This document shows, piece by piece, positions 29,114-40,400 of a stretch of 64,000 nt of DNA; the stretch's first letter is position 1, and the number at the start of each line of letters is the position of its first letter. Source of the stretch: Planctomycetota bacterium (lineage in GTDB: Bacteria; Planctomycetota; B15-G4; JADJEK01); contig JBGAIQ010000005.1 of assembly GCA_044225365.1 (NCBI GenBank), positions 96,001 to 160,000 of the forward strand. Reading direction: 5' to 3'. The notes beneath the pieces are model-generated. The model did not search any database, was not told the origin of the DNA, and saw only the letters and a list, made by a program, of their open reading frames with translations. Both the position numbers and the translations under genes were made by a program.

Positions 29114-29973
29114 GCGCCGCTCCCGCGCATCGCGGGGTTCTTGCCCGCGAGAGCCGGCGCGATCCGTTGTGCCGGAAGGATGATCCGTCTCCCGCCCACG
29201 TCATGCACTTCGACGGGCACTCCGTAGATCTCCGAGAGCACGCTTTCCGTGAGGATCTCGTCGCGCAGGCCGGCGCGCACTTTGGGCGCTTGCCCCAACT
29301 TCGCCGTCGCCTCCGAAGCGAGCAGGACGAGTTCCTCCGCGCAATCCGCCACGAGATGCAGCAGATGCGTAACGAACAGCACCGACGTGCCGAGGCGCTC
29401 ATGCAGCTCGCGGATCACTTCGACGATCGCGTGTTCCGAAGGCAGATCCATCCCGTTCGTCGGTTCGTCGAGCACGAGGAGATCGGGCTGCGTCGTGAGC
29501 GCGCGCGCGAGGAGGACTCGCTGTTGCTGACCACCCGAGAGATCGCGATACGGCCGGTCGAGCAGGTCCTCGATCTTCACGAGCGCGGCGGCCTCGTGGA
29601 CCGCTTCGCGATCCGTCGGAGTCGGGCGCCGAATGGGACCGACGTGCGGGTAGCGGCCCATCGTCACGACCTCGCGCACCCGGAGCGGGAAGATGGGATC
29701 GAGTCGCGTGCGCTGCGGCACGTAGCCGATCCGCAACGGCGCGCCCCCACCTTTCACGATCTCGCCGTGAAGGGGCGCAAGGAGTCCGACCGCGGCGCGA
29801 AGGAGCGTCGTCTTGCCCGAACCGTTCGGGCCGACGATGCCGACGAAGGCACCGCGGTGGATCGTGAAGCGGAGATCCTCGAGGATCTTCTTCTTGCCGT
29901 AACCGAGAGTGACTCTTCGGAACTCGAGCAGCGGCGTACGAAGGACGTCGTCGCGATCTCGTCCCGTGTTCAT
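29110..29973 (-). CDS. Zn/Mn ABC transporter ATP-binding protein
   Basis: GPNGSGKTT, IGYVPQ, LSGGQQQR, LLVLDEPT, VTH. Confidence 0.92.
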   Translation of the reverse strand: MNTGRDRDDVLRTPLLEFRRVTLGYGKKKILEDLRFTIHRGAFVGIVGPNGSGKTTLLRAAVGLLAPLHGEIVKGGGAPLRIGYVPQRTRLDPIFPLRVREVVTMGRYPHVGPIRRPTPTDREAVHEAAALVKIEDLLDRPYRDLSGGQQQRVLLARALTTQPDLLVLDEPTNGMDLPSEHAIVEVIRELHERLGTSVLFVTHLLHLVADCAEELVLLASEATAKLGQAPKVRAGLRDEILTESVLSEIYGVPVEVHDVGGRRIILPAQRIAPALAGKNPAMRGSGA

Positions 29974-30884
29974 TTGAGCTTCTCCAGGATCGCATCGAGA
30001 TCCTTTCCGACCATCTCCTGATAGGTCGGGGTGTTCTCGATGCCGCCGGGAAGCTGCGTCACCGTTGCGATCTTCACGCCCGTCTGCTCCGCGAGGAAAT
30101 CGGTCGGTGCAGGATCGTGGTACGGTTCGCGGATCACGACCTTCACGCCCCGCGACTTGATGAGTTCGATCACGGACTTCAGGTGCGCCTGCGTCGGCGG
30201 AATGCGCGGCTTCGGCTCGACGAAGCCGACGGTCTGGAAGCCGAAGCGTCGCACCAGGTACGCGAACGAATTGTGATACGCGATGATCGGCGTGTTCTTG
30301 TACGGGATCGCCTTCTTCAGCCACTCGACGAGCCGCTTCTTCATGTCGGCGTCGAACGCGTCACGGTTCTTGTCGTAGGTCGCCTTGTGCGACGGGTCGT
30401 ACGCCACGAGGCCCGCCGCGATCGTCGCGGCCATCTTGCGACCGTTCTGCGGATCGAGCCAGTAGTGCGGATTGCCGTAGATGTGGACGTCGCCGTCCTC
30501 GCGACTCGGATTCGTCGGCACTTCGAGCAGTTCGATCCCGGTCGAGCAGTCGATGTTGCCCGGCGCGCCGGGCGCGATCTTGGGATTGCGCGCGCTCTTC
30601 ACGGCGTCGTCGAGCCACATCTCGAGGTCGAGACCGGTGTGCGCGAGCACGTCCGCGTTGCCAAGGCGCGTGAGCAGCGAGGGTGTCGCGTCGACGGTAT
30701 GGACGTCGTCCGTCGGGCGACACAGGCTCACGACCTCGACCAGGTCACCGCCGATCTGCGCTGCGATGCTGCCGATCGCCGGATTGGTCGCGACCACTTT
30801 GATCTTCTTCGGCGAGTCGGACTGGCCGAGCGCGAGCGGTGCGACGAGAAGAACGATCGGGAGGATGGCCTGGAGCTTCTTCAT
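29970..30884 (-). CDS. Zn/Mn ABC transporter substrate-binding protein (ZnuA/TroA family)
   Basis: Signal peptide; KVVAT, DVH, GLDLExWL, GNPHYWLDP, YHNSFAY, EPKPRIPPT. Confidence 0.92.
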   Translation of the reverse strand: MKKLQAILPIVLLVAPLALGQSDSPKKIKVVATNPAIGSIAAQIGGDLVEVVSLCRPTDDVHTVDATPSLLTRLGNADVLAHTGLDLEMWLDDAVKSARNPKIAPGAPGNIDCSTGIELLEVPTNPSREDGDVHIYGNPHYWLDPQNGRKMAATIAAGLVAYDPSHKATYDKNRDAFDADMKKRLVEWLKKAIPYKNTPIIAYHNSFAYLVRRFGFQTVGFVEPKPRIPPTQAHLKSVIELIKSRGVKVVIREPYHDPAPTDFLAEQTGVKIATVTQLPGGIENTPTYQEMVGKDLDAILEKLK

Positions 30885-32182
30885 TTGTTCACCCAGTACG
30901 GTTCGGGGGGATGGGCGCCGAAGACCCACGTGAGCTGGAGGCCAAGGCCGTTCGCGGTCGCGGTGTCGCCGCCGGACGAGCCGTGGAAGTACTGGTACTG
31001 CAGCCGAAGCCGCAGGAACTCGTTCATGTACCAGGTGAGGTAGGGCGACACGCCGACGATGTCGGCGTTGCTCTCGATCGGCGATTGCGCGGCGTCGAAG
31101 CGCACGCCGAGGTAGCGCTGCTCGTCGAGTCGGCGCTGCACCGTGAAGTAGCCCCCGGTCGCCGCGACCGTGCCACCGTTCGGACGATCGGAGTTGGAGC
31201 CGATGAGCTCGAATTGGACGAGCCAGTCCGCAAAGGAGCCGGGAACCGGGTCCTTGTAGCGCCACGTCGCGTCGATGCCGACGGCCTGCGATGCGCCGGC
31301 GTTGCTGTCCTTGCGGTCGGGGACGGCGAGCAGGGACGCGCCGACCTCGAGATCGCTGTGTGTGCTCGTCTGCCAGAAGCCCTTGATGCGGCCGCCGGCA
31401 CCCACCGCCTGCTGCGGGGTCTTGCCGAACAGCGGCGACTCCTCGTTCGTCGTGTTGTAGATCTCGACGGTTGCGTCGGAATAGGTCGGCAGCCATCCGC
31501 CCGGTTCACCGCGATACAGCGGTCGCGTCAGCGAGATGCCATCGACGCCGATGCCTTCGGGTCCGAACAGCAATTGATCGACGAGCGGCCGATCCATCTG
31601 CGGGAGGTCGTGGTTGTGGATCGAGTTCGCGCGTCCGAAGTCGAGCTTGAATCGTCCGACCTTGGCCTCGAGGTCCCACGGCAGATTGTGGAGCTGCACG
31701 TACGCCTCCTCGAAATTCGCTTCACCATCGGCGACCCCGAGGATGCCGACCGCATCCACGTCGGGACTCACCGGTGCGCGGAACTCGATGTCGACGCTGC
31801 GCAACGCGAACGGATCGTTCTCGGTGAAGAGCTCACCGAATGCATGCTGGATCTTCGCGCTGTCGCCGCCGGAGACGCTGCGGAAGAGTCCCGTGAAATC
31901 GGGAACGACCGAGATCTTTGGATTGAGGATGCTCTGCTGCGCGGTCGGACGGACCGAAGGCGGCGGGCCTTCGGCCTCCGCCTGCCGGAGCAACTTTTCG
32001 AGTTCGTCCTGCTGCTCGACTTCCTCGTGCTTCGCCTCGAGCTCATGGATCCGCTTCTCGAGCGCGGCGATCCGTTCCTCGTAGCTCTGCGGTGTCGGCT
32101 TCGTATCGGGTGCGGGTTGGCTCGGCGCTTCCTGCGCGGTCGCGCACGGAACGAGCCACAAGAGCGCCATGAATCGGCGCAT
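30881..32182 (-). CDS. Putative zinc-regulated outer-membrane beta-barrel receptor
   Basis: GAGGAGG RBS; signal peptide and coiled coil; NPKISV, EEAY, GRFKLDFGRANSIHNHD, EFLRLRLQY, C-terminal QLTWVFGAHP. Confidence 0.75.
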   Translation of the reverse strand: MRRFMALLWLVPCATAQEAPSQPAPDTKPTPQSYEERIAALEKRIHELEAKHEEVEQQDELEKLLRQAEAEGPPPSVRPTAQQSILNPKISVVPDFTGLFRSVSGGDSAKIQHAFGELFTENDPFALRSVDIEFRAPVSPDVDAVGILGVADGEANFEEAYVQLHNLPWDLEAKVGRFKLDFGRANSIHNHDLPQMDRPLVDQLLFGPEGIGVDGISLTRPLYRGEPGGWLPTYSDATVEIYNTTNEESPLFGKTPQQAVGAGGRIKGFWQTSTHSDLEVGASLLAVPDRKDSNAGASQAVGIDATWRYKDPVPGSFADWLVQFELIGSNSDRPNGGTVAATGGYFTVQRRLDEQRYLGVRFDAAQSPIESNADIVGVSPYLTWYMNEFLRLRLQYQYFHGSSGGDTATANGLGLQLTWVFGAHPPEPYWVNK

Positions 32183-32268
32183 GGAGTACCTCCTCGTCCT
32201 GGAACATGGAATCACGTCACGAGTGCCGCACCGACGCTCGGGCGGACTCCTCGGGACGATTCACGCTG

Positions 32269-32652
32269 TCAGGCGATGGCGGGAGGAGGTGTCTTGGGTG
32301 CGAGCCGCAGGATCGGAACGACCGGCGGCAGGTGGGAATTGGAGCGCGGAGTCGCGGGCGCGACGATGAATGCCGCGACGACGACGGAGGGAGTCGGCGT
32401 CGAACCGTTCAGGACCGGGAGCTGGATCGGCTGGGAACACGTTTCGTGTCGATCCGGTCGATCGGGAACCTTCGGCGCGGGCGCTTCGCGATCGCCGCTC
32501 TTCGTCGTCGAGTTCGCTTCGGAAGCGCCGTCGTGTTCGAGGACGCCATGCGTCGCGCAGAAATGGTGCGCGACGAGACTGAAATGGAGCGCGGATGCGA
32601 GGGGCAGGAGGAGCACGCCGAGCGCGAGGACGAGAGCGGTGAACCGCTTCAT
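32269..32652 (-). CDS. His/Cys-rich leader protein (DUF2946-like) ending LAPKTPPP
   Basis: N-terminal TM/signal, HFSLVAHHFCATHGVLEH, HETC, C-terminal LRLAPKTPPPAIA; lies directly upstream of the receptor gene. Confidence 0.68.
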   Translation of the reverse strand: MKRFTALVLALGVLLLPLASALHFSLVAHHFCATHGVLEHDGASEANSTTKSGDREAPAPKVPDRPDRHETCSQPIQLPVLNGSTPTPSVVVAAFIVAPATPRSNSHLPPVVPILRLAPKTPPPAIA

Positions 32653-32811
32653 CACGTCGAACGCCGGAGTTGGATGTGCTCTTCTCGACATGGGTCGCTG
32701 ACCGCGGGCAGTGTAAGCGCGAGGGTGGAGGCTCTTCAAGTCGCTCTCTCGATGGGAAGGGATCGATGCTTCGAGCTTCCGCCCGGACGGAGAAACGACG
32801 AGAATCCGGCC

Positions 32812-34287
32812 ATGCGCAAATCCACGAAGCTCGGTGGAGTCCGATATCGCCGACCCGCTCCGATCGAGAAGTCGGTCTTCAAGCCCATCGAAGTGGGGCT
32901 GCGGACCGAATTGCTCGCGGTCCAGTACGAACTGCGCGACGCGAAGTTCCCCGTCGTGATCCTCCTCGCTGGCGATGATCGCGACTCCGTGATCGAAGTC
33001 ACCAGTCGATTCACGGAATGGCTCGATGCGCGATTGCTCGACATCGTCCTGCGCGACAGCACCACCGACGACGAGCGCGAACGCCCCTATTTCTGGCGCT
33101 TCGCGACGCGGCTGCCACAGAACGGGCGCATCGGAGTGTTCCCGTTCGCGTGGGCGCATGACGCGTTGCTCGCCCGCATCGACTCCAAATTCGCGAAGAA
33201 GCATCACGTTCCGGCGCTCCCCGACATCGCGGAGTTCGAGAAGCACCTCACCGATTCCGGAGTGTTGCTGCTGAAGTTCTGGTTCCATCTCGACAACAAG
33301 GAGCTGAGAACGAAGCGAAAGCGCGACGATCACGACCCGCTCGCCTCGTGGGATCCCGATCCCTCGGCCGCCAAGCGCTGGCGCAAGCTCGAGCACGGCG
33401 ATGGCGACGAGGCCGCACTCATCCGAGCGACGCATCGGCCCGCCGCGCCGTGGCACATCATCCACTCCGTCGACGACGAAGCCCGGGATCTCGAGGTGGG
33501 CCGCATCCTGCGCGATTCAATGCGATCCCGCGTTGCGACCGCGTTCACGCCCCCACGCATCGCGTTGACTAGGATCGCGATCCCCGATCGGATCGGCGCC
33601 CTGAGCGCCGCAATCCGTTCCACGAAAACGCCCACGGATGCCGACGAGCGGATCCAGGAACTCCAAGGCCGCTTGAACGGCCTCGCGCGGAAGGCGCACC
33701 GGCACGGCCATTCGACGGTCCTCGTGTTCGAGGGACAGGATGCGGCTGGCAAGGGCGGCGCGATCCGCCGAGTCACCCGCGGCATCCGCGCGCCCGTCTA
33801 CACCGTGGTGCCGATCGCCGCGCCGACACCCGAGGAGAAAGCGCATCACTATCTCTGGCGATTCTGGCGGGAACTGCCGCGCGCCGGTCGCTTCACGATC
33901 TTCGACCGCAGTTGGTACGGTCGCGTGCTCGTGGAACGCGTCGAGGGGTTCGCGAGCGAGAACGAGTGGAAACGCGCGTACGCCGAGATCGTGTCGTTCG
34001 AGCGCGCGCTCGTGAATCGCGGCGTGCGCCTCGTGAAGTTCTGGATCGACGTCTCCGAGGACGAGCAACTCCGGCGATTCGATGCGCGAGGGAAAGTCCC
34101 GTTCAAGAAGTACAAGCTGACTCCCGATGACTACCGCAACCGCGCGAAACGCCCGCAGTATCGCGATGCCGCGAACGAGATGTTCGCAAGGACCGACGCC
34201 CGGGGTGCGCGCTGGCACCTGATCCAGGGCGACGACAAGAACGCCGCACGGATCGCGGTGCTCGAAACCCTCTGCCACACACTGTAG
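32812..34287 (+). CDS. Polyphosphate:AMP phosphotransferase (two-domain PPK2)
   Basis: C-domain FEGQDAAGKGG, HYLWRFW, FDRSWYGRVLVERVEG, KFWI; N-domain degenerate (RPYFWRF, LLKFWFHL). Confidence 0.88.
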   Translation: MRKSTKLGGVRYRRPAPIEKSVFKPIEVGLRTELLAVQYELRDAKFPVVILLAGDDRDSVIEVTSRFTEWLDARLLDIVLRDSTTDDERERPYFWRFATRLPQNGRIGVFPFAWAHDALLARIDSKFAKKHHVPALPDIAEFEKHLTDSGVLLLKFWFHLDNKELRTKRKRDDHDPLASWDPDPSAAKRWRKLEHGDGDEAALIRATHRPAAPWHIIHSVDDEARDLEVGRILRDSMRSRVATAFTPPRIALTRIAIPDRIGALSAAIRSTKTPTDADERIQELQGRLNGLARKAHRHGHSTVLVFEGQDAAGKGGAIRRVTRGIRAPVYTVVPIAAPTPEEKAHHYLWRFWRELPRAGRFTIFDRSWYGRVLVERVEGFASENEWKRAYAEIVSFERALVNRGVRLVKFWIDVSEDEQLRRFDARGKVPFKKYKLTPDDYRNRAKRPQYRDAANEMFARTDARGARWHLIQGDDKNAARIAVLETLCHTL

Positions 34288-34307
34288 GGGCGGACGGCTG
34301 TCCGCCC
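34284..34307 (+). repeat. GTAG-type REP-like palindrome / possible terminator overlapping the PPK2 stop
   Basis: GTAG-GGGCGGAC-GGCT-GTCCGCCC. Confidence 0.45.
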
Positions 34308-34446
34308 GGCCTCTGACCTCACGGACCGCGACGTACGGCGAATCGCAGTGCAAAATCGGGCGCACAGCCGTGCGAGGACGGGCCAGCCGATGACGTCCCG
34401 GCCCGGCCGACGATTTCCCCGACCGCGCGATGCCCGGCTCCTGCCT

Positions 34447-37400
34447 CTACGGACTCTGCGAAGGCGCGCGGTGGATGCGCGAGTCGGCCTCGCGAGCGCG
34501 CCCGCGCGCGATGAGCATCTCGATCGCGGCCCGCAGGTGAACTTCCGACTCCTTCGACACGCGCAGGATCCCGAACGTGCGCGCCGTCATCCGCACCAGA
34601 TCCTTCACGGGGAGCGAGAACATCGTCGTGAGATGGCGCTCGGCGGCGGCGGCGAGTTCCTCGACCGAGATCTCGTCGATCCCGCGGGCGTCCGCGCCGT
34701 CGTCCTTCACCGCTCCCCGAACCTCGTCGTATTCACTCGGATCCGCAGCGGCGCTCCAGACGAACCCGTTCAAGAGGGTGATCGTGCGTCCTTTGGCCAT
34801 CTCGTCGAGCGTGCGAAGCAGCGATTCACGCGACTTCTCCGTGATTCGACGAACGCCAAAGGCCCGCGCCACACTGCGAACCACCGTGTCGATATGGACT
34901 GGGCCCTCGACCGCGACGACCTGCAACACGAGTTCGCGAATCCTCGATGCGAGCGTGGGATCCGCGTCGCGGAAGCGGGCGGTCTGCCCTTCGAGGTTCG
35001 GAAGCGCCGCTCGCACGTAGGGCGGCACATCGACGACCGGGCTCGCGGGCGGATCGCCCTCCGCAATTTCGTCCGGGATTCCAGGGGACGACTCGATGTC
35101 GCTTGCGGTCACCGACTCGCTCCGCGCGGCGACCGGTTTCGCGCGCGACGCTTCGATCGCGGCGGCCACCACCACCCGCAACTTCTCGATCTCCCTCTCG
35201 CGATCGAACCACCAGTCGGACGACCAGACTCGATGCAGTCGCCAACCGAGGCTGCCGAGGACTTGCTCACGCAACCGGTCCCGGTCGCGCGCCGTGTTCC
35301 CGGATCGATACGCCGCACCGTCGCATTCGACGCCGAGCACGTACACACCGGCCTCGCTCGGGTCCCGTACGGCGAGATCGATCCGATATCGTCCGCACCC
35401 GACGCGGGCATCGACCTGCATCCCCAGTCCGACGAGCGCGGCCCCCACTTGCCGTTCGAATTCCGAATCGTGCGGGACACCATTCGATTCCGGTTGCGGG
35501 GACGTGCCGCTCTCCTCGACCGCGTAGCGCAGGAACTCGCGCAGATGGTGTGCGCCCCGCGCCGTCGTCCGATTGAGATCGATCTCGTCGTACGACAGGG
35601 TCGAGAACACGTGCAGCGATGCGCGTGCCCGAGTGACCGCGACGTTGAGGCGCCGCTCGCCGCCCGACTGGCTCAAGGGTCCGAAGTTCATTCGCACCTT
35701 CCCGTCGCGCGACCGTCCGTAGCAGATGCTGAACAGGATCTCGTCGCGCTCGTCCCCCTGCACGTTCTCGAGGTTCTTCACGAAGACGGGCTCGACGAGA
35801 TCGGCGGCGAAATGACCTTCGATCTCGGGAGATTTCCTTCGCGCTTCGTCGAGCAGGTCGAGCACGAGCGTTTGCTGCGGCTGGCTGAACGTGACGATCC
35901 CGAAGCTGCGTTTTCCCGGAGCTACTTCACGCAATCGTTTCACGAGCCAGTCGACGAGAACCCTGGCTTCGCGAGGATTCGTGCGTGAGCCCGCGAATTC
36001 GTATTCACCGTCGATGACGGGGTGCCACTTCACGCCGAGGTCCGGATCCCGCCGGCGAGCGGAAGGGAACAGCGCGAGGCGTTCGTCGTAGTAGCGCAGG
36101 TTCGAGAATCGAATCAGCGATTCGTGCCGGCTTCGATAGTGCCAGCCGAGGTAACGCTCCGGCAGGCGCGCGGCAACGGCCTCGTCGAGAACGCTCTCGA
36201 GCTCCTCGATCGCGTAGTCCGCTCCATCGTCGATCGGGCCGTCGCCATCTCCCGCTTCGTCGACCGCCGACGCATCGAACGAACGCTGGAAGAACGCCGT
36301 GGGCGGCAACTGCCGCGAATCCCCCACGATCACGACCTGGGAGCCGCGCGCGATCGCGCCGATCGCGTCGTGGGTTCCGATCTGCGACGCTTCGTCGAAC
36401 ACGACGAGATCGAATCGCCGTCCCTCGGGCGGCAGGAACTGTGCGACCGACAGTGGGCTCATCAGGAAGCACGGCTTCAGGCGCGCGATCAGGTTCGGGA
36501 TCCGCTGGAACAGCCGGCGCAATGGGAGATGGCGGGCCTTCTTCTTCAACTCGCGACCGAGGATGCCGGGCTCCGACTCGCCCGGCACGTCGACACCACC
36601 CCCCGCGCGCGGTCGACGCTCGTCGAGGCGATTCAGGACATGGGTTCGCGAGGTCGTAAGGTGATTCAAATCGCGACGACGGAATTCGGCGATCCTACGC
36701 GCCTGCTCCTCACCGTCGAAGTCGCGCAGAACCGGCTCGGCATCGCGGACGAGCCGCACGAACGACAGGAGCAGAGCGCGCTCGACGGCGATGGGCAACG
36801 ACGCCGCGGATACGACGCCCTTGCGATGCGCTTCGACCGCGTCTTCGAGACCCACCGACGAGAGGTCGTCGCACGCCCGCACGTAGCCGCACCACTCGCG
36901 CAAGCGCGGCATAGCGGGAATGCGACGCAGCACGCGATCGCGTTGCGCCCCGAGCTCCGACCGACCGTCGAGGATCTCGCTCGCGCCCGCGAGCGCCGCG
37001 ATCTCGGCGAGATGGACGAAAGCCTCGTCGCACGCTCGCACGGCCTTCGTCGCGAGCGCCGCCGCGCGAGCGATCGCGTCGCGCGAAGGGAACCGCTGGA
37101 CCGCGAGCTCCGCGACGCAGGCATCGACGCCGAGGATGCCGCCGCGATCGAGTTCGTCGATCGCAGTGCGCAACCTCCGCACGCGTTCGACCCACGCTCG
37201 CAGGGCCTGCGACGAAGCTCCTTGGTGCGGCGCCGCGGCGAGGAGTCGCGCAGCGACGGCCTGGCGCAATGCAGCGATCCTGGCCTCGCGAGCCGCGCAC
37301 GCTTCCACGCGGGCGAGGTCGCGCGCGACGAGGCTGGGCTCGGGAAGATCGTCCTTCGCATGCACTCTCAGTCGCTTCCTCGCGCCACGCAGTGCGAAAA

Positions 37401-40400
37401 AACGTACGAGGGCATTCGACCCCGCGTGCTCCTCGAACTTCAATCGAAGCAATGCGAGTTCGTCCCCGAGGTGGAAGACCCCCGACTCGAAGCGATGCGC
37501 GATCTCGGCGCGATCGGCTTCGTCCGCCGCGAGGAGCACCGCGAGATTCTCGACCTCGGCGAGCACCAAGGCGAGCGCGACGTCGTCCCGCAGGAACGAT
37601 GGAGCCATCGCATTCTCCTCCGACGCATCGGAGGATCGGGAAAGGAGCCCGTTGACGAAATCCGTCACTCGCGAAACGCCCTCTCGCGAATCGAACTTCT
37701 GAAGACGGGTCGCAACGGCGAGACCATCGCGTGCCGCCGCGAGTTCCGCGAGCCTCTCCGCGCAGAGCTTCAGTGCGCTCTCGATCTCAGCTTCACGGCG
37801 TCCGGACCACTCGGCGAGGGCGCTGTCGCGCCACGGATGCTCCGCGACCGGCTCCACGCGCGCGCCGCGCGAGGCGACGATCGCGGCCTTCTCGAGCTGC
37901 GATGCGAGCGTCGCGGCCGTCGTTTCGATTCCGTCGCGCAGCGGGAGTTCGAGGGGCGATGGAGCGATTTCGAGGACGCGCGATGCCGCGCGGAAGAACG
38001 ACATGCCGAGGGGTCGTTCGGTGTGTAGAGCTCGTACGTACTCGTTGAGTGCCGTCCTCGACTCGACGAGTCGGGCCGCATTCGAATCGAAGCTCGCAGC
38101 GTCCGTTCCCGAGGGATCCGAACCCTCGAGGCGAGCGCGGTCCTTCGAACTCCGAGTGACGGAGCGACCGATCGATTCGAGCACCTGCCTCTTGCTCGTC
38201 TTCGTGCTGTGCAATTCGAGGCAGGAGTCGGCGAGACCGACCTCCTTCAACCTGCGGTGGACGACGTCGAGAGCCGCCATCTTCTCGGAGACGAAGAGGA
38301 CGGTGCGGCCTTGGGACAGGGCCGCGGCGATGATGTTGGTGATCGTTTGCGACTTCCCGGTCCCGGGCGGCCCCTGCAGGACGAAGGTCTGACCGCGCAT
38401 CGCGGCGAGGATCGCCGCGCACTGCGTCGAATCGGCATCGACGACCGTGGGCAAGTCCGCGGGCGATACTTCGGAATCGAGACTTCCCGGATCGACGACT
38501 CCCTCGATGCTCTCCTCGAATGCCTGCTTCCCGCCATCGGCGAGGTGTCGCACGATCTTGCTCGAGAGCAGCGCGGATGCATTGACCTCGAGATCGCGCC
38601 ACATGAGGAACTTCCCGAAGAGGAGCGTCGTGACGCTCGCTTCTTCGATGACTTCGAACCGCGGCATCGACTGGATCGCAGCGCGCACCGCTTTGAGGAG
38701 AGCGCCGACGTCGATGCCCGAGTCGTCCGGCGCGAGTTCCGCGAGGAACGAGAGGTCGAGCGCGAAATCGCGCTTCAGCTTCTCGACGAGCGTGACGTTG
38801 CCGATCGCATCCTCTTCGGTTCGCCGCAAGCGAATCCGATCGAGGCGCGGTTCGTACGAAAGCCGAACGGGAACGAGCAGGAGCGGTGCGTGACGCGCCT
38901 GCTTCGAACTCGGACTCTCGTACCAGCGCAGGATCCCGAGCACGACGTAGAGAGTGTTCGCTCCGCCCTCTTCGAGGTCGGTCCTGGCCTTGCGATAGAG
39001 TGCTCGCGCCATCGGCACGAGGAGATCCGAGGTCAACGTCGCATGCAGTCGATGCGCGTCGAGGTCTGCGGTGAGTCGCTCGCGGAACTCGGCCGGTCGC
39101 GTGCGGAGGTCGAGCAGTTCGCGGGCGCGGGGATCGCTCCCTTCGAGCTTCGGGTACGGCATGATCTCGAAGTCGACGTCGGCGGCGAGTTTGTCCTCGA
39201 ACGCCGCGAGATCCGGGATCTCGAGCGGAATGCGATTCTTCACGCGCGAGACGTCGAGCAGTCGATTGCGCAACGTGAGATCGAGGAGCCTCTCCTTCCA
39301 GTTCTGGATCCGAGGAGACAGCAGTTCCTTCGACGCGATCTTCGCGGCGCCCAGATCGAGGTTTGCAACCGTACCACCGTCGGGCAAGGAGATGGCGCCT
39401 ACGGGGCTCTGGCTCGCGTCGGTGTCCACCACGTCGCGTTGCGCCGGTTCCGTTTCTACGGCGCTTCGCAACGCGATCGGCAGCGGGAGGAACCTCGCGC
39501 GGCGCGCGGCGCGAACGTCGATCGCGGCGATGAACTTGGCATCCTGCGCGAGGAAATCGTTCGCGGCCGCGACCGCGACTTCGAGAGAGGGCCGCTGGCC
39601 CGATACCGCGGTCGACGCGTCGAACGCGAGGATCTGAGCCAATCGACCCTGATTGCGCAGTCGAGCGACGTCCGGCACCACCGCGTCCTGGAATCGCTCA
39701 TCGACGATCCACACCGCGGGAAGGGCGTGCCCCTCGACGAGCACGAGCAGCGGACCGTAGCCCATTTGTTCGAGACACGAAGCGAAGAGGAGCGTGAGAT
39801 CGAGACAGTTGCCCATGCCGTCGCGCAGCAGTTGGTCGGGCAACCGCACTTTCTGGCCGGACTTCTCGTAGCTCGCCGGCAAGCCGACGTAGGAGATGGA
39901 GAGACCCTGAACCGCGGCGTACAACGCGCGGATCTCGGTCACGGCGCGTTCGGGAGAGCGCGCCTGGTAGCCACGAAGCGCATCGTCTCCGCCTTGCGAG
40001 CGCAGCCGATCTCGCGTGCGCTCGAGCACGGTCGCGATCGCCGGCTGATTCGGAGTGACGAACGCCGCGAGGAGTTCGAGGGGCGCCGCATCGCCCGGCC
40101 ATTCGTTGAAGGCGAGCAGGCGCAAGGGACGCGTTTCCGCCGCGATCTCCTTGCCCTCGACGACGAGGGTCCAATGCAGGGTCGCGTTCGCGGCCTCGAC
40201 GACGTCGCGCAACCGCGAGAACGGAAGGCGCACGTCGAGCGGCCCTCGCTCGAACGATTCTGCCGGAGGAAGCCGGGGGATCGGGACGACGATCGGCGCG
40301 CCCAGGTCGGGGAAGAGGCCGATCTCGAGTCGTGCTCCTTCGAGCACCGCCGAAGAGACGTTCTTCACCCTCACGGCTGCGATGATCGGGATGCCGCAAT

